Assembly: GCA_963674785.1 (NCBI GenBank)
Contig: OY771555.1
Span: 2,169,175 to 2,233,174 of the forward strand
Origin: Caldisericia bacterium
GTDB lineage: Bacteria > Caldisericota > Caldisericia > JAAYUI01
Length of the DNA: 64,000 nucleotides
Direction: 5' to 3'
In this document: piece by piece, positions 9,727 to 19,084 of the stretch
How the letters are laid out: each line of letters starts with the position of its first letter
Position numbering within the stretch: position 1 is the first letter of the stretch
Made by a program: the position numbers and the translations under genes
Notes under the pieces: model-generated
What the model was told of the DNA's origin: nothing
The model's database searches: none
Seen by the model: only the letters and a program-made list of their open reading frames with translations

Positions 9727-10862
9727 ATTTCCCCTTTCAAAAGCATGGCTTTCTTTCTTCTTTCAAAACTATATCTATCAATTCCGAACAATATTCCAAC
9801 CTCAACTAGGTTAATGATGAGTGAAGAGCTGCCAGCAGAGATAAAAGGCAGTGTAGCTCCAGTCACTGGCAGAAGACCAATCACGATTCCGATATTAAAA
9901 AATGCCTGCATTCCAATATGAAGCGCTATTCCAAGAGCAACCAGGTATGCAAATTGGTTTTTTGACCTTCCCGCAATTTTTATTGCCCCTACAACAAACA
10001 TAAAATAGAGGATAATCACAACAATACATCCAACAAATCCAAATTCTTCAGCTATATTTGCAAAGATGAAGTCAGACTTTAATGAATAGATACTATTACT
10101 AAACTTCTGAACTCCGGAGAAAAGCCCTCTACCAAAAAAACTACCACTTGCAACAGCAACAAGTGAATGAAACAATTGGTACCCTTCGTTTTGAGCTGTA
10201 CCTATCGGATCAAGAACCCCTCTAAATCTGGACTTCCACATCTCAATATCAACAATAGATTGAATTAATACCGCAACACTGAATAAGCCAAACAAAACAA
10301 ACAAAACCCAGACCTTCGCACCCGAAAGATAGTATTGGAGAACAAAAATCACCATAATCATAATGGCTGCAGAAAGTGAGGACTCCATTACAATCAGTCC
10401 TCCAATAACAGCAATCATCAATAAAAGATTGACTATTTCTCTCATTGACATAGTTTTTGCATTTCGTTCTGTTAAGTAATTAGCTGTTAGTAAAATTACT
10501 GCCAGTTTTGCAAACTCAGACGGTTGAAATGATATTCCCCCAATATACAACCACCTCTTGTGAACCATCGATGAACCAATCGAAGGAACAAAAACGAAAA
10601 GCAACATGACTATCGCCAACACATAAATAGGATAGGCAAGACTCCTATACACCTTAAAAGGCGACCTGTAGATAAAAAAAGCACACACTGAGCCAACCGT
10701 CAATCCCAAAAAATAGGTTGATAGCTCAGACCAAATTGATGATATGTTGCCAATATGTGACTGAGCCATATAGATTGAATAAAGGGTTATAAATCCAATC
10801 ACCAATAATCCAACAACCGAGATTACAAGAAATCGCTCAGGAACCCAAGATTTTTGGTGCAA
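9723..10862 (-). CDS. ftsW: SEDS peptidoglycan polymerase FtsW/RodA
   Basis: RWLYIGGISFQPSEFAK, DFIFANIAEEFG, LPVTGATLPFISAGSSS. Lies between murD and murG. Confidence 0.9.
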   Translation of the reverse strand: MHQKSWVPERFLVISVVGLLVIGFITLYSIYMAQSHIGNISSIWSELSTYFLGLTVGSVCAFFIYRSPFKVYRSLAYPIYVLAIVMLLFVFVPSIGSSMVHKRWLYIGGISFQPSEFAKLAVILLTANYLTERNAKTMSMREIVNLLLMIAVIGGLIVMESSLSAAIMIMVIFVLQYYLSGAKVWVLFVLFGLFSVAVLIQSIVDIEMWKSRFRGVLDPIGTAQNEGYQLFHSLVAVASGSFFGRGLFSGVQKFSNSIYSLKSDFIFANIAEEFGFVGCIVVIILYFMFVVGAIKIAGRSKNQFAYLVALGIALHIGMQAFFNIGIVIGLLPVTGATLPFISAGSSSLIINLVEVGILFGIDRYSFERRKKAMLLKGEI

Positions 10863-12186
10863 TCTCTTTTACCTCCAAAGCAAACATATCTCCTCTTTCC
10901 TCAAAATCCGTGAACTGGTCAAAGCTAGCGCAAGCAGGGGATAATAAAACAGTGTCTCCACGATCTGCATTGTCTATTGCATACTTTACTGCTTCAGATT
11001 GATCATTTACTATCTTGAATTTTGAAATACCTGCATCGTCAAAAACTTTTTTAAGTCTTTCGGAAGTTTTTCCATGAATAATTACTAGTTTTACATCACC
11101 CATGTTTTCGGGGAGTTTCGAAAAGTCAGAACCTTTTTCTGAACCACCAAGAATCAAAATAAATTGCCCCTTTAAAGTTCTCAAGGCAAGTATTGTTGCA
11201 TCAGGCTTTGTTGCCTTCGAATCGTTTATGAACCTAACTCCACCCCACTCACCAACAAGTTGCATACGATGTTTGAGAGGATGAAAATCTGAAACAGAAA
11301 AAATTGCATTCTTCATATCAATACCAAAATGTGATACAGCAAGTGCCGCAGCAAGGATATTTTGTCCGTTGAAGCTTCCATTTAGAACAAAATCATCCAT
11401 AGTAGCAACTTTTTCATTATGAATGTATAAGGAATCACCATCCATAAAGGCATCTGCATTGTCATCTGGGTTAGCTGAGAAGAATATGGCTTTTGCTTTT
11501 GTTTTATTTGCTAGCAACCTGCTCCAATCATCAGACGCATTTAAAACAACAGAGTCAGCCTGAGTCATAAATCGAAGAATCTTTTCCTTCATTGAGGCAT
11601 ATACTTCCATTGTTCCATGTCTATCAAGATGATCCTCAGACAAATTCAGAAAAACACCCACTTTTGGATGAAAGGAATCCATCATCTCACACATAGGAGA
11701 GCCAACCTCAATTACTGGAATCCAGTCTGGTTCGGCTTTTAAAACATAATTTGAAACTGGATCACCAATGTTTCCGATGGGAAAACTTGTAATTCCAGCT
11801 TTTGAAAGCATCCTTGCAATAAGAGAAGTTGTTGTTGATTTACCAGATGTACCAGTAACTGAGACATAATCACATGGTAGAAGCTCAGAAGCAAAATCTA
11901 TCTCTCCTCTTACTTCAATTCCTCTTTTATACGCATCCTGTATAATTTTTACAGATGGTTTGATTCCTGGTGAGGGAATTAAAAGATCGCAATCCAAAGC
12001 TCTTTCTGTGTGTCCACCAACTTCAAAATCGAAGTCAGTGTTTTTCAATTCATCTGGGTTACCAAACTCAGAGATGAAAACATTTGCTCCCAATTCTCTC
12101 ATAAGTTCGGAAACAGCTTTTCCAGTCCTGCTGTATCCAAGAACAGTAACTTTCATTCCAGCAAATCTTTTAAGATTCTTTTTCAC
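10837..12186 (-). CDS. murD: UDP-MurNAc-L-Ala:D-Glu ligase
   Basis: SPGI, VTGTSGKSTTT, GNIG, DHLDRH, NDSKAT, LLSPACASFDQF..FEERG. Start probably GTG 12186, because the longer ORF runs through the tRNA terminator. Confidence 0.93.
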   Translation of the reverse strand: MKKNLKRFAGMKVTVLGYSRTGKAVSELMRELGANVFISEFGNPDELKNTDFDFEVGGHTERALDCDLLIPSPGIKPSVKIIQDAYKRGIEVRGEIDFASELLPCDYVSVTGTSGKSTTTSLIARMLSKAGITSFPIGNIGDPVSNYVLKAEPDWIPVIEVGSPMCEMMDSFHPKVGVFLNLSEDHLDRHGTMEVYASMKEKILRFMTQADSVVLNASDDWSRLLANKTKAKAIFFSANPDDNADAFMDGDSLYIHNEKVATMDDFVLNGSFNGQNILAAALAVSHFGIDMKNAIFSVSDFHPLKHRMQLVGEWGGVRFINDSKATKPDATILALRTLKGQFILILGGSEKGSDFSKLPENMGDVKLVIIHGKTSERLKKVFDDAGISKFKIVNDQSEAVKYAIDNADRGDTVLLSPACASFDQFTDFEERGDMFALEVKEIAPKILGS

Positions 12187-12239
12187 AGACACAACTTTAT
12201 TATCAAATACTGATTTATCAAGATATTGGCAAAAGATAT

Positions 12240-12272
12240 AAAAAATGGTCAGGGCATAAAAGCTCCTGACCA
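12240..12272 (-). terminator. Intrinsic terminator downstream of tRNA-Thr
   Basis: Minus strand TGGTCAGG-agcttttatgc-CCTGACCA followed by T6. Confidence 0.75.
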
Positions 12273-12298
12273 CTTATGTTTGGATTTCTAAAAGAGGC

Positions 12299-12374
12299 TG
12301 GAGCCGGAGATCCGACTCGAACGGACGACCTGCTGATTACAAATCAGCTGCTCTACCAACTGAGCTACTCCGGC
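12299..12374 (-). tRNA. tRNA-Thr (anticodon TGT)
   Basis: GCCGGAGTAGCTCAGTTGGTAGAGCAGCTGATTTGTAATCAGCAGGTCGTCCGTTCGAGTCGGATCTCCGGCTCCA: 76-nt cloverleaf with encoded CCA. Confidence 0.97.
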
Positions 12375-12448
12375 AACAGGATTAAGATAATAGGGTCTCT
12401 TTCTGTCTAGTCAAGATTTTGTGTTTTAATATTTGAAAACCATATCAA

Positions 12449-13312
12449 TCAGATAGATTCGATAACATTATCAAATATTTTTTCAACTTCTTCTCTTGTT
12501 TTTTGGCTTGCTTTCAAGATGCTTCGACCTGAAACCATCGCTTTTGTAATAGACTCATCATAAGAAATCCTTCCAAATATTTTGATTCCTTTCTCATTTG
12601 CAAATTCTTCAATTCTTTTTGTCATCTCGGGGTTTAAGTCTGCTTTATTGATAACAACCACCGATGGAATCTTAAAACTCTGTATAAGATCATAAACCCT
12701 TTTCATATCGCTGATTCCTGAAACAGTTGGCTCAGTAACAATTAAAACCAAATCTGCACCCGAAATTGATGCAATAACAGGGCAGCCAATTCCAGGCGGC
12801 CCATCAATGATTACCAAATCTTTATCTTCATTTTTGGCAATAACTCGGGCTCTATTTTTAATAAGATGAACAAGTCTACCGGAGTTTTCGGCACCAATTC
12901 CAAGTCTTGCATGAATCATTTTTCCATTTTTAATGTCAGAAACGAACCAATCTCCGCGTTTCGGTTCAAACATCTCAATAGCATCAGACTTACAAATAAA
13001 CTCGCACAACCCACAACCTTCACATGCAAATTCATCTATAGTATAAATCTCATCAGTAATCTCTACTGCATCAAATCTACAAACATCTCTGCACATTCCA
13101 CAAGAAATACATTTTTCAGAATTGATCTTCGCACAAAAACCACTGAAGAATTCAATCTTCTCCTTTTCGGAAGGGTTCAAAATCATATGAAGATTTGGTG
13201 CATCGACATCACAATCAACGATTACATGATCTTTTGAAAGAATCGATAACCCAGCTGTTATACTTGTTTTTCCACAACCACCTTTTCCACTTACTATGAC
13301 TAATTCTTTCAT
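12449..13312 (-). CDS. MinD-superfamily P-loop ATPase with inserted 2x[4Fe-4S] ferredoxin (COG1149-like)
   Basis: SGKGGCGKTS, DCDVDAPN, CISCGMCRDVC / CEGCGLCEFIC, DGPPGIGCPV. Confidence 0.88.
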   Translation of the reverse strand: MKELVIVSGKGGCGKTSITAGLSILSKDHVIVDCDVDAPNLHMILNPSEKEKIEFFSGFCAKINSEKCISCGMCRDVCRFDAVEITDEIYTIDEFACEGCGLCEFICKSDAIEMFEPKRGDWFVSDIKNGKMIHARLGIGAENSGRLVHLIKNRARVIAKNEDKDLVIIDGPPGIGCPVIASISGADLVLIVTEPTVSGISDMKRVYDLIQSFKIPSVVVINKADLNPEMTKRIEEFANEKGIKIFGRISYDESITKAMVSGRSILKASQKTREEVEKIFDNVIESI

Positions 13313-14139
13313 ACCAATCCCACAATTCTTTCAAAAAGATTACTGAAAAGATCTTTATATTCAGGCAATTCATTCAAAATTAGTTTTCCCGATGAATAAA
13401 CTTTTGCAATCCTAAGGTCATTTGGAATCTCAGCTAAGACAGGGATATTCTCACCGACACAATGGTTTTTTACATCATCATTGCCGATTCCAGCCCTGTT
13501 TATAACAACTGCAAATGAAATTTCCATCTCCCTTAACAGATCGATTGAAAGCTTCAAATCATGTAAACCAAAGGGTGTCGGTTCAGTAACAAGAACGACG
13601 AAATCCGAACCTGTTACAGTTTCAACAACAGGGCATGAAGTACCTGGCGGTGCATCGATTATATTGATGATTTCATCATCAATATAATCTTTGACCTTCG
13701 AGATAAGAGCAGGCGTTAATACAACTCCGATTTCTATTTTTCCCTGAATCAATCTCTTCTTTTCATCACCAAAAAAACTTATCTCGCCTATTTTCTTTTC
13801 TGTTGTCGAAATTGCATTTTCAGGGCAAACAATCCAGCCACCACAACTATGACATAATTCAGAATAAACTTTAACTGAATCAGCAAGAGTTATTATGGCA
13901 TTATACCTGCAAAAATCACTGCATTTCCTACACAAAGTACACTTTGTTTGATCAACCTTCGGAATCTCAGTTGAAACAACGGTTTTATTTAGCAATGGGA
14001 TATCGAGAAAAAGCTTTGAATTAGGTTCTTCAACATCACAATCCAAAAGCATCGATCTATCGGAAATAGTGGCAAACAAATTGGATGCAACGGTTGTCTT
14101 ACCCGTTCCACCCTTTCCAGATGCAATTGTGATTATCAT
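13309..14139 (-). CDS. MinD-superfamily P-loop ATPase with inserted ferredoxin (COG1149-like)
   Basis: SGKGGTGKTT, DCDVEEPN, CTLCRKCSDFC, DAPPGTSCPV, VTEPTPFGLHDL. Confidence 0.88.
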   Translation of the reverse strand: MIITIASGKGGTGKTTVASNLFATISDRSMLLDCDVEEPNSKLFLDIPLLNKTVVSTEIPKVDQTKCTLCRKCSDFCRYNAIITLADSVKVYSELCHSCGGWIVCPENAISTTEKKIGEISFFGDEKKRLIQGKIEIGVVLTPALISKVKDYIDDEIINIIDAPPGTSCPVVETVTGSDFVVLVTEPTPFGLHDLKLSIDLLREMEISFAVVINRAGIGNDDVKNHCVGENIPVLAEIPNDLRIAKVYSSGKLILNELPEYKDLFSNLFERIVGLV

Positions 14140-14456
14140 CAGTTATTTAGATATTCAGTTAGAGCTTCGGAAATCGTTTTCTTCTGTGTTACAAATGTTT
14201 TTACTGAGCTAGCATCGAACACATCCTTGGCTTTTGGACCAAAGTTTTTTGATACAACAAGATCAACTTTGTAACTCAAAATAAGTTCCGCAGATTTAAT
14301 ACCCACTCCATGTTCATGAACAATATTTTTTGAATTATCAATTACTTCAACTTTTTTGGTTTCTGTATCAAAAATCAAAAAACCTTCTGCTCTTCCAAAA
14401 ACATCTTCCATGTCATCATTTATTGTTTTGCCTTTTGTAGGAAATGCTATCCTCAT
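14139..14456 (-). CDS. NifB/NifX family FeMo-cofactor-binding domain protein
   Basis: MRIAFPT, FGRAEGFLIFD, HGVG...FGPKA. Confidence 0.85.
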   Translation of the reverse strand: MRIAFPTKGKTINDDMEDVFGRAEGFLIFDTETKKVEVIDNSKNIVHEHGVGIKSAELILSYKVDLVVSKNFGPKAKDVFDASSVKTFVTQKKTISEALTEYLNN

Positions 14457-14510
14457 TTTACCCTCTTTCTACCTATTCAGATATTAATCAATCAATTGCG
14501 AATGAAAAAA

Positions 14511-14729
14511 CTACTCTTCCTTGTTTTTATTCTCGGAATCGTTACCAGTTCTGTTGAATCCAAATCTACCAAAACCTCTTCCAAATCCTCTTCCGAGACC
14601 TCTACCCTGTCCAAAACCTCTGCCTCTTCCAAACATTGGGGAATTTGTCCCGACGTCCTTGCATCTTCCTAAACCTCTTCCTGTCATTGACCCTTTTCCT
14701 TCTGGTCCTTTTCCATCAAGTCCTGGCAT
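14511..14729 (-). CDS. DUF5320-like small Gly/Arg-rich protein
   Basis: MPGLDGKGPEGKGSMTGRGLGRC plus GRGF repeats. SD AAGGAG before ATG 14729. Confidence 0.8.
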   Translation of the reverse strand: MPGLDGKGPEGKGSMTGRGLGRCKDVGTNSPMFGRGRGFGQGRGLGRGFGRGFGRFGFNRTGNDSENKNKEE

Positions 14730-14752
14730 TTTAGACTCCTTTCGTTTTTTAG

Positions 14753-14770
14753 TTTGTAGCATATGCTCAA
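14753..14770. promoter_or_regulatory. Palindromic candidate operator (AGCATATGCT core)
   Basis: Perfect 10-bp palindrome 14758..14767, about 30 nt upstream of the DUF5320 start. Confidence 0.45.
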
Positions 14771-14917
14771 TACTTATCTTCCAACTAGAATTCTTATTTA
14801 CAATTAAATCGCATTTACAAGTTTGTGATCTTTTTAAGTTTCATATATATTTGTCAATGATTCCCTTGAATATCTGCATGCAAACAATAATATGTGGTCG
14901 AAAGGTTGAGGTAATTT

Positions 14918-16210
14918 ATGAAAAGAATTTTAGCAAGTGATGCAATTAATCATATTGACGAAGAGATAATTCTTGAAGGTTGGTTACACAATGTCCGTGA
15001 GCTTTCAGATTTCTCATTCGTAATACTTCGTGATAGAACCGGCACAGTCCAGGGAATAATTGAAAACCCAGACTTCGAAGTCCCAGAACTACATACTGAG
15101 TCAATTATCAGACTCAAAGGAAATGTCATCAAATCAGAATACGCAAAAGCAGGATTTGAAGTAAAAGTAACCGGAATTGAGGTTTTGGTTGATGTCACTG
15201 AAGAACCACCAATCCAGTTAAACAAGAAAAAAGTAAAAGAACATATCGACAGAGTTCTTGACTACAGATATTTCTCACTCAGACACCCATCAATCAAGCC
15301 AGTTTTCGAAATCCAGGCAACAATCGCAAAAGCATTTAGAGACTATCTCTCATCACAGGGATTCACAGAGATAAGAACACCAAAGCTCGTTGCATCTGGA
15401 ACCGAGGGTGGAGCAAACTTGTTCAAGGTAGATTACTTCGAAACAAGTGCGTATCTTGCACAGTCACCTCAATTCTACAAACAGATGATGGTTGGGGTTT
15501 TCGAGAGGGTTTACGAGGTTGCACCAGTTTTCAGAGCAGAGCCACACAAAACCTCAAGACATGTGAATGAATACACATCACTCGACCTTGAGATGGGATT
15601 CATCAAAGATGAATACGATGTCATGGATATCCAAGAAGGAATTCTAAACCAAATGATCTCTGCAGTTAATGAAAACCATGCTGATGCCCTTAAGCTTCTT
15701 GGAGCAGAGATTGAAATCCCCGATGAGATTCCAAGACTTAGAATGTCTGAGGTTCATGAAATCCTTGAAAAAAAATACAAAATCAAATATGAAGATGGTT
15801 TCGATATTGACCCTGAGGGTGAAAGAAAAATCTGTCATTGGTCAAAGAAAAATCACAACTCAGATTTCGTGTTTATCACCGGATACCCAACCAAAAAACG
15901 TCCAATGTATACCATGCCAAACCTCGACCTACCAGGCGAAACAAGAGGATTTGACCTTATCTATCGTGGAACTGAAATCACAACAGGTGGACAGAGGATT
16001 CACAAACATGATATGCTCGAACAAAACATTCGTGATTTCGGCATGAATCCAGATGATTTCACTTTCTATACTGATGTTTTCAAATATGGAATTCCTCCAC
16101 ATGGTGGACTCGCAATGGGACTTGAAAGGGTGACATGTCAGATGCTTGGACTCCAAAACATTAGAGAAGGTGTCTTGTTCCCAAGAGACCTTGAGCGTCT
16201 AACCCCATAA
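14918..16210 (+). CDS. aspS: Aspartyl-tRNA synthetase, short archaeal-type
   Basis: GWLH..R, LRDRTG, YLAQSPQFYKQ, VFRAE..TSRH.NEY, GIPPHGG.AMGLER. 430 aa, no bacterial GAD insertion. Confidence 0.92.
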   Translation: MKRILASDAINHIDEEIILEGWLHNVRELSDFSFVILRDRTGTVQGIIENPDFEVPELHTESIIRLKGNVIKSEYAKAGFEVKVTGIEVLVDVTEEPPIQLNKKKVKEHIDRVLDYRYFSLRHPSIKPVFEIQATIAKAFRDYLSSQGFTEIRTPKLVASGTEGGANLFKVDYFETSAYLAQSPQFYKQMMVGVFERVYEVAPVFRAEPHKTSRHVNEYTSLDLEMGFIKDEYDVMDIQEGILNQMISAVNENHADALKLLGAEIEIPDEIPRLRMSEVHEILEKKYKIKYEDGFDIDPEGERKICHWSKKNHNSDFVFITGYPTKKRPMYTMPNLDLPGETRGFDLIYRGTEITTGGQRIHKHDMLEQNIRDFGMNPDDFTFYTDVFKYGIPPHGGLAMGLERVTCQMLGLQNIREGVLFPRDLERLTP

Positions 16211-16212
16211 AA

Positions 16213-17478
16213 ATGTCACCATCGTTTTTTATTCACACACTGGGATGTCAGATGAATAAATCTGATTCAGAATTTTATTCATCCATCCTTGAGTCAAGCG
16301 GGTACACACTCAGTGAGATTGATGAAACCGCTGATATTGTGATGATTAATACCTGTGCCGTTCGTGAAGCATCAGTTCACAAGATGGATTCAAAGATCGG
16401 GGAATGGGCAGCAAAAAGACGTAAAACTGGTAAACCAAGTAAAATCGGTGTAATCGGTTGTGTACCAAAGATTGATATGGAAGTGTTTGAGAAAGAACAC
16501 CGAGAAGTTGACTTTGTGCTTGGCACATATCCTGATAAAGAATCAATGAAAAATGCAATCATTTCAGAGCTTTCACTTCACGTTGATGATTATCAGTTTT
16601 CAGATAATTCGATCTCTGCATATGTGCCAATAACATCTGGTTGTAATTGTTTCTGCACATACTGCATAGTCCCCTACACAAGAGGAAGACTGGTTTCCAG
16701 AGAAAAAGAAGAAATCCTATCTGACATCAAAAAACGCTTGAAAAAAGGTGCCGTTGAGATTGTGCTTCTTGGTCAGAATGTAAATGAATTCAATCTCGAC
16801 AAAGGTGATAAGCATGGCTTCATAAAGCTCCTCGAAGAAATAGATGAAATTCCAGGTATCAAAAGGCTCCGATTCATCACAAGCCATCCAAAAGACATGG
16901 ATGATGAAACAATCATCAGGATGTCAAAACTAAAAACTCTCGCACCATATTTTCATCTTCCAGTTCAAGCTGGTTCAAATGAAATCCTCCGACGAATGGC
17001 AAGGGGATACACAAGAGAAAAATATCTTCATCTGGTTGACATGATAAGAAAACATTTCCCAGTTTCAGCAATCACAACCGATGTTATCGTCGGGTTTCCA
17101 GGTGAAACAGAGGAACAGTTCCAGGAAACTTTGTCTCTCATGGACGAAGTAAAATTTGACCAGTTGTTCTGTGCAATGTATTCACCAAGACCACTTACTC
17201 CTGCTGGAAAATATGATGGAAGGTGCAGCAAAGAAGAACTTCACAGAAGAATTAATCTGGTGCTTGATAAACAAAAAGAGATTGGTGCAGAAATATCAAA
17301 AAGTTACAATGGAGTCATTTCAGAGGTGTTAACTGAAAAACACGAAGACGGAAACACAATCGGGATAAATGAACGTGGTAGATTTGTTGATATAGCCGGA
17401 ATCCATCCTCTTGGTGAAATAGTCAAAGCAAAAATCTCATCCGTATCTGGAAGATTGAAAGGTGAGATAATTAAATGA
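16213..17478 (+). CDS. miaB: tRNA methylthiotransferase MiaB
   Basis: TLGCQMN.SDSE, NTCAVRE, GCNCFCTYCIVPYTRG, LLGQNVN, TSHP, IVGFPGET. Confidence 0.88.
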   Translation: MSPSFFIHTLGCQMNKSDSEFYSSILESSGYTLSEIDETADIVMINTCAVREASVHKMDSKIGEWAAKRRKTGKPSKIGVIGCVPKIDMEVFEKEHREVDFVLGTYPDKESMKNAIISELSLHVDDYQFSDNSISAYVPITSGCNCFCTYCIVPYTRGRLVSREKEEILSDIKKRLKKGAVEIVLLGQNVNEFNLDKGDKHGFIKLLEEIDEIPGIKRLRFITSHPKDMDDETIIRMSKLKTLAPYFHLPVQAGSNEILRRMARGYTREKYLHLVDMIRKHFPVSAITTDVIVGFPGETEEQFQETLSLMDEVKFDQLFCAMYSPRPLTPAGKYDGRCSKEELHRRINLVLDKQKEIGAEISKSYNGVISEVLTEKHEDGNTIGINERGRFVDIAGIHPLGEIVKAKISSVSGRLKGEIIK

Positions 17479-18692
17479 ATGCTAAGATAAGAGAATTCAT
17501 AAAAGAGGCAGAAACCGAATTATCAGAAATCTTTGATGAGATCGACGAGATAGCTGACAACAACCTTGAGAAAGTTATCGCAGCATTCAACCTTGTAGGA
17601 ATCTCATCAGGTGATCTTGCCGGATCATCCGGTTACGGACTTGGAGACATTTCAAGAGACAAACTAGAAAGGATATACTCTTATATCTTTGGTACAGAGA
17701 GTTCACTTGTTAGGCCTCAAATCGCATCTGGAACTCACGCCATCACATGTGCATTGTTTGGTTTACTTAGACCTGGTGATAGAATGGTTTCGATCACCGG
17801 AAGACCATATGACACCCTAGAGGAAGTCATCGGAATCAGAAAATCAGTTGGCTCATTATCTGAATTTGGAATCTCCTATAGTGAGATTGACTGGAGATAT
17901 GATTCAAACGCTGATCTTCTTGATGACCCAACAAAAATCGTTTATATCCAAAGGTCATCAGGTTACAGACCTGGCCCGTCTGTTACAATCGATGAGCTTT
18001 CAAACTGGATAAGTAGAATAAGAGTCCGAGCTCCACAAGCAATAATTGTTGTCGACAACTGCTACTGCGAATTTGTTTCAAACATTGAACCCGGGCACAT
18101 CGAAGCAGATGTGGTAATTGGGTCGCTAATAAAAAACCCTGGTGGCGGAATTGCAAAAACCGGTGGCTACATAACCGGCAAAAAAGAATTTATTGAAAAA
18201 ATTGCAACAAGGGTTACCGCTCCTGGAGTTGGAGCCGAGATTGGTGCTACATGGGGATTTATGGAATCGGCTTTGATGGGTATCTATCATGCACCATCTG
18301 CTATATCGAGTGCGTTAAAATCAGCATTCCTCTTTTCATCATGCTTGAAGAAATTGGGATTTAAAATCTATCCTGACATAACGCAAGGAAGAGCTGATAT
18401 TGTAACCTCAATTGAACTTGGAAGTCGTGAAAAATTCATTGAGTTTGGTAAAGCTATACAAAGCGTTTCCCCAATTGATGGGAACGCAACACCAGAGCCA
18501 TTTGCACAAGGCGGATATGAATCAGACGTTCTTCTTGCTGGAGGTGGATTTGTTGCTGGTTCTACGCTTGAACTTTCTTGCGATGGTCTTGATGAAGACC
18601 CATTCATCATGTACATTCAAGGGGGAATAAACATGAATCATGCAAGGCTTGGTCTTTCAAAAGTCATCGAGGTACTCACAAATAACCCATGA
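17475..18692 (+). CDS. YnbB-like PLP enzyme (methionine gamma-lyase / aluminium-resistance family)
   Basis: GSSGYG, VRPQIASGTHAI, PYDTLEEVIG, IQRSSGY, VDNCYCEF, GSLIKNPGGG. Confidence 0.88.
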   Translation: MNAKIREFIKEAETELSEIFDEIDEIADNNLEKVIAAFNLVGISSGDLAGSSGYGLGDISRDKLERIYSYIFGTESSLVRPQIASGTHAITCALFGLLRPGDRMVSITGRPYDTLEEVIGIRKSVGSLSEFGISYSEIDWRYDSNADLLDDPTKIVYIQRSSGYRPGPSVTIDELSNWISRIRVRAPQAIIVVDNCYCEFVSNIEPGHIEADVVIGSLIKNPGGGIAKTGGYITGKKEFIEKIATRVTAPGVGAEIGATWGFMESALMGIYHAPSAISSALKSAFLFSSCLKKLGFKIYPDITQGRADIVTSIELGSREKFIEFGKAIQSVSPIDGNATPEPFAQGGYESDVLLAGGGFVAGSTLELSCDGLDEDPFIMYIQGGINMNHARLGLSKVIEVLTNNP

Positions 18693-19084
18693 CAGAACTT
18701 AGAGTTAAAACATCAAATCGAACAGAGTTTATAGACATAACTGCAAAACTAGAGAATATCTGTTCAGAAAACTGTTGGAAAGACGGCATAATCACTATCT
18801 TTGTCCCTCATACAACATGTGGAATCACAATAAATGAAAATGCTGATCCAGATGTAAAAACTGATATGATAGATTTTTTGAATAGACTTGTTCCAAATCT
18901 TCCAGAATTTAAACATTTTGAGGGCAATTCTGATGCACACATCAAAGCAAGCATGATGGGTTCATCGGTAAATATTATTATTAAGGATGGAAAACTAAAA
19001 CTTGGAAGATGGCAAGCAGTTTATCTTGCTGAATTTGATGGAGCAAGGGAAAGAAATATATGGATAAAGTTTCTCACGGACTAA
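18689..19084 (+). CDS. yjbQ: YjbQ/UPF0047 family protein
   Basis: PHTT.GITINENADPDV, H.EGNSDAHIKAS, LGRWQ..Y.AEFDG. Confidence 0.9.
   Translation: MTELRVKTSNRTEFIDITAKLENICSENCWKDGIITIFVPHTTCGITINENADPDVKTDMIDFLNRLVPNLPEFKHFEGNSDAHIKASMMGSSVNIIIKDGKLKLGRWQAVYLAEFDGARERNIWIKFLTD

Noticed and set aside
12187-12273. N-terminal extension of MurD in the ORF track
   Set aside because: It overlaps the tRNA terminator and does not resemble MurD.
12299-12374. tRNA-Thr as an island attachment site
   Set aside because: No duplicated tRNA 3' end or integrase noticed; housekeeping murD follows.
14569-14630. Imperfect 12-bp tandem repeats (CCAAAACCTCTT-like)
   Set aside because: They encode the GRGF repeats of the DUF5320-like protein. 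There are no spacers, so this is not CRISPR.
14770-14917. T-box leader upstream of aspS
   Set aside because: No AAGGTGGCACCGCG-like T-box or antiterminator; the region is too short and AT-rich.
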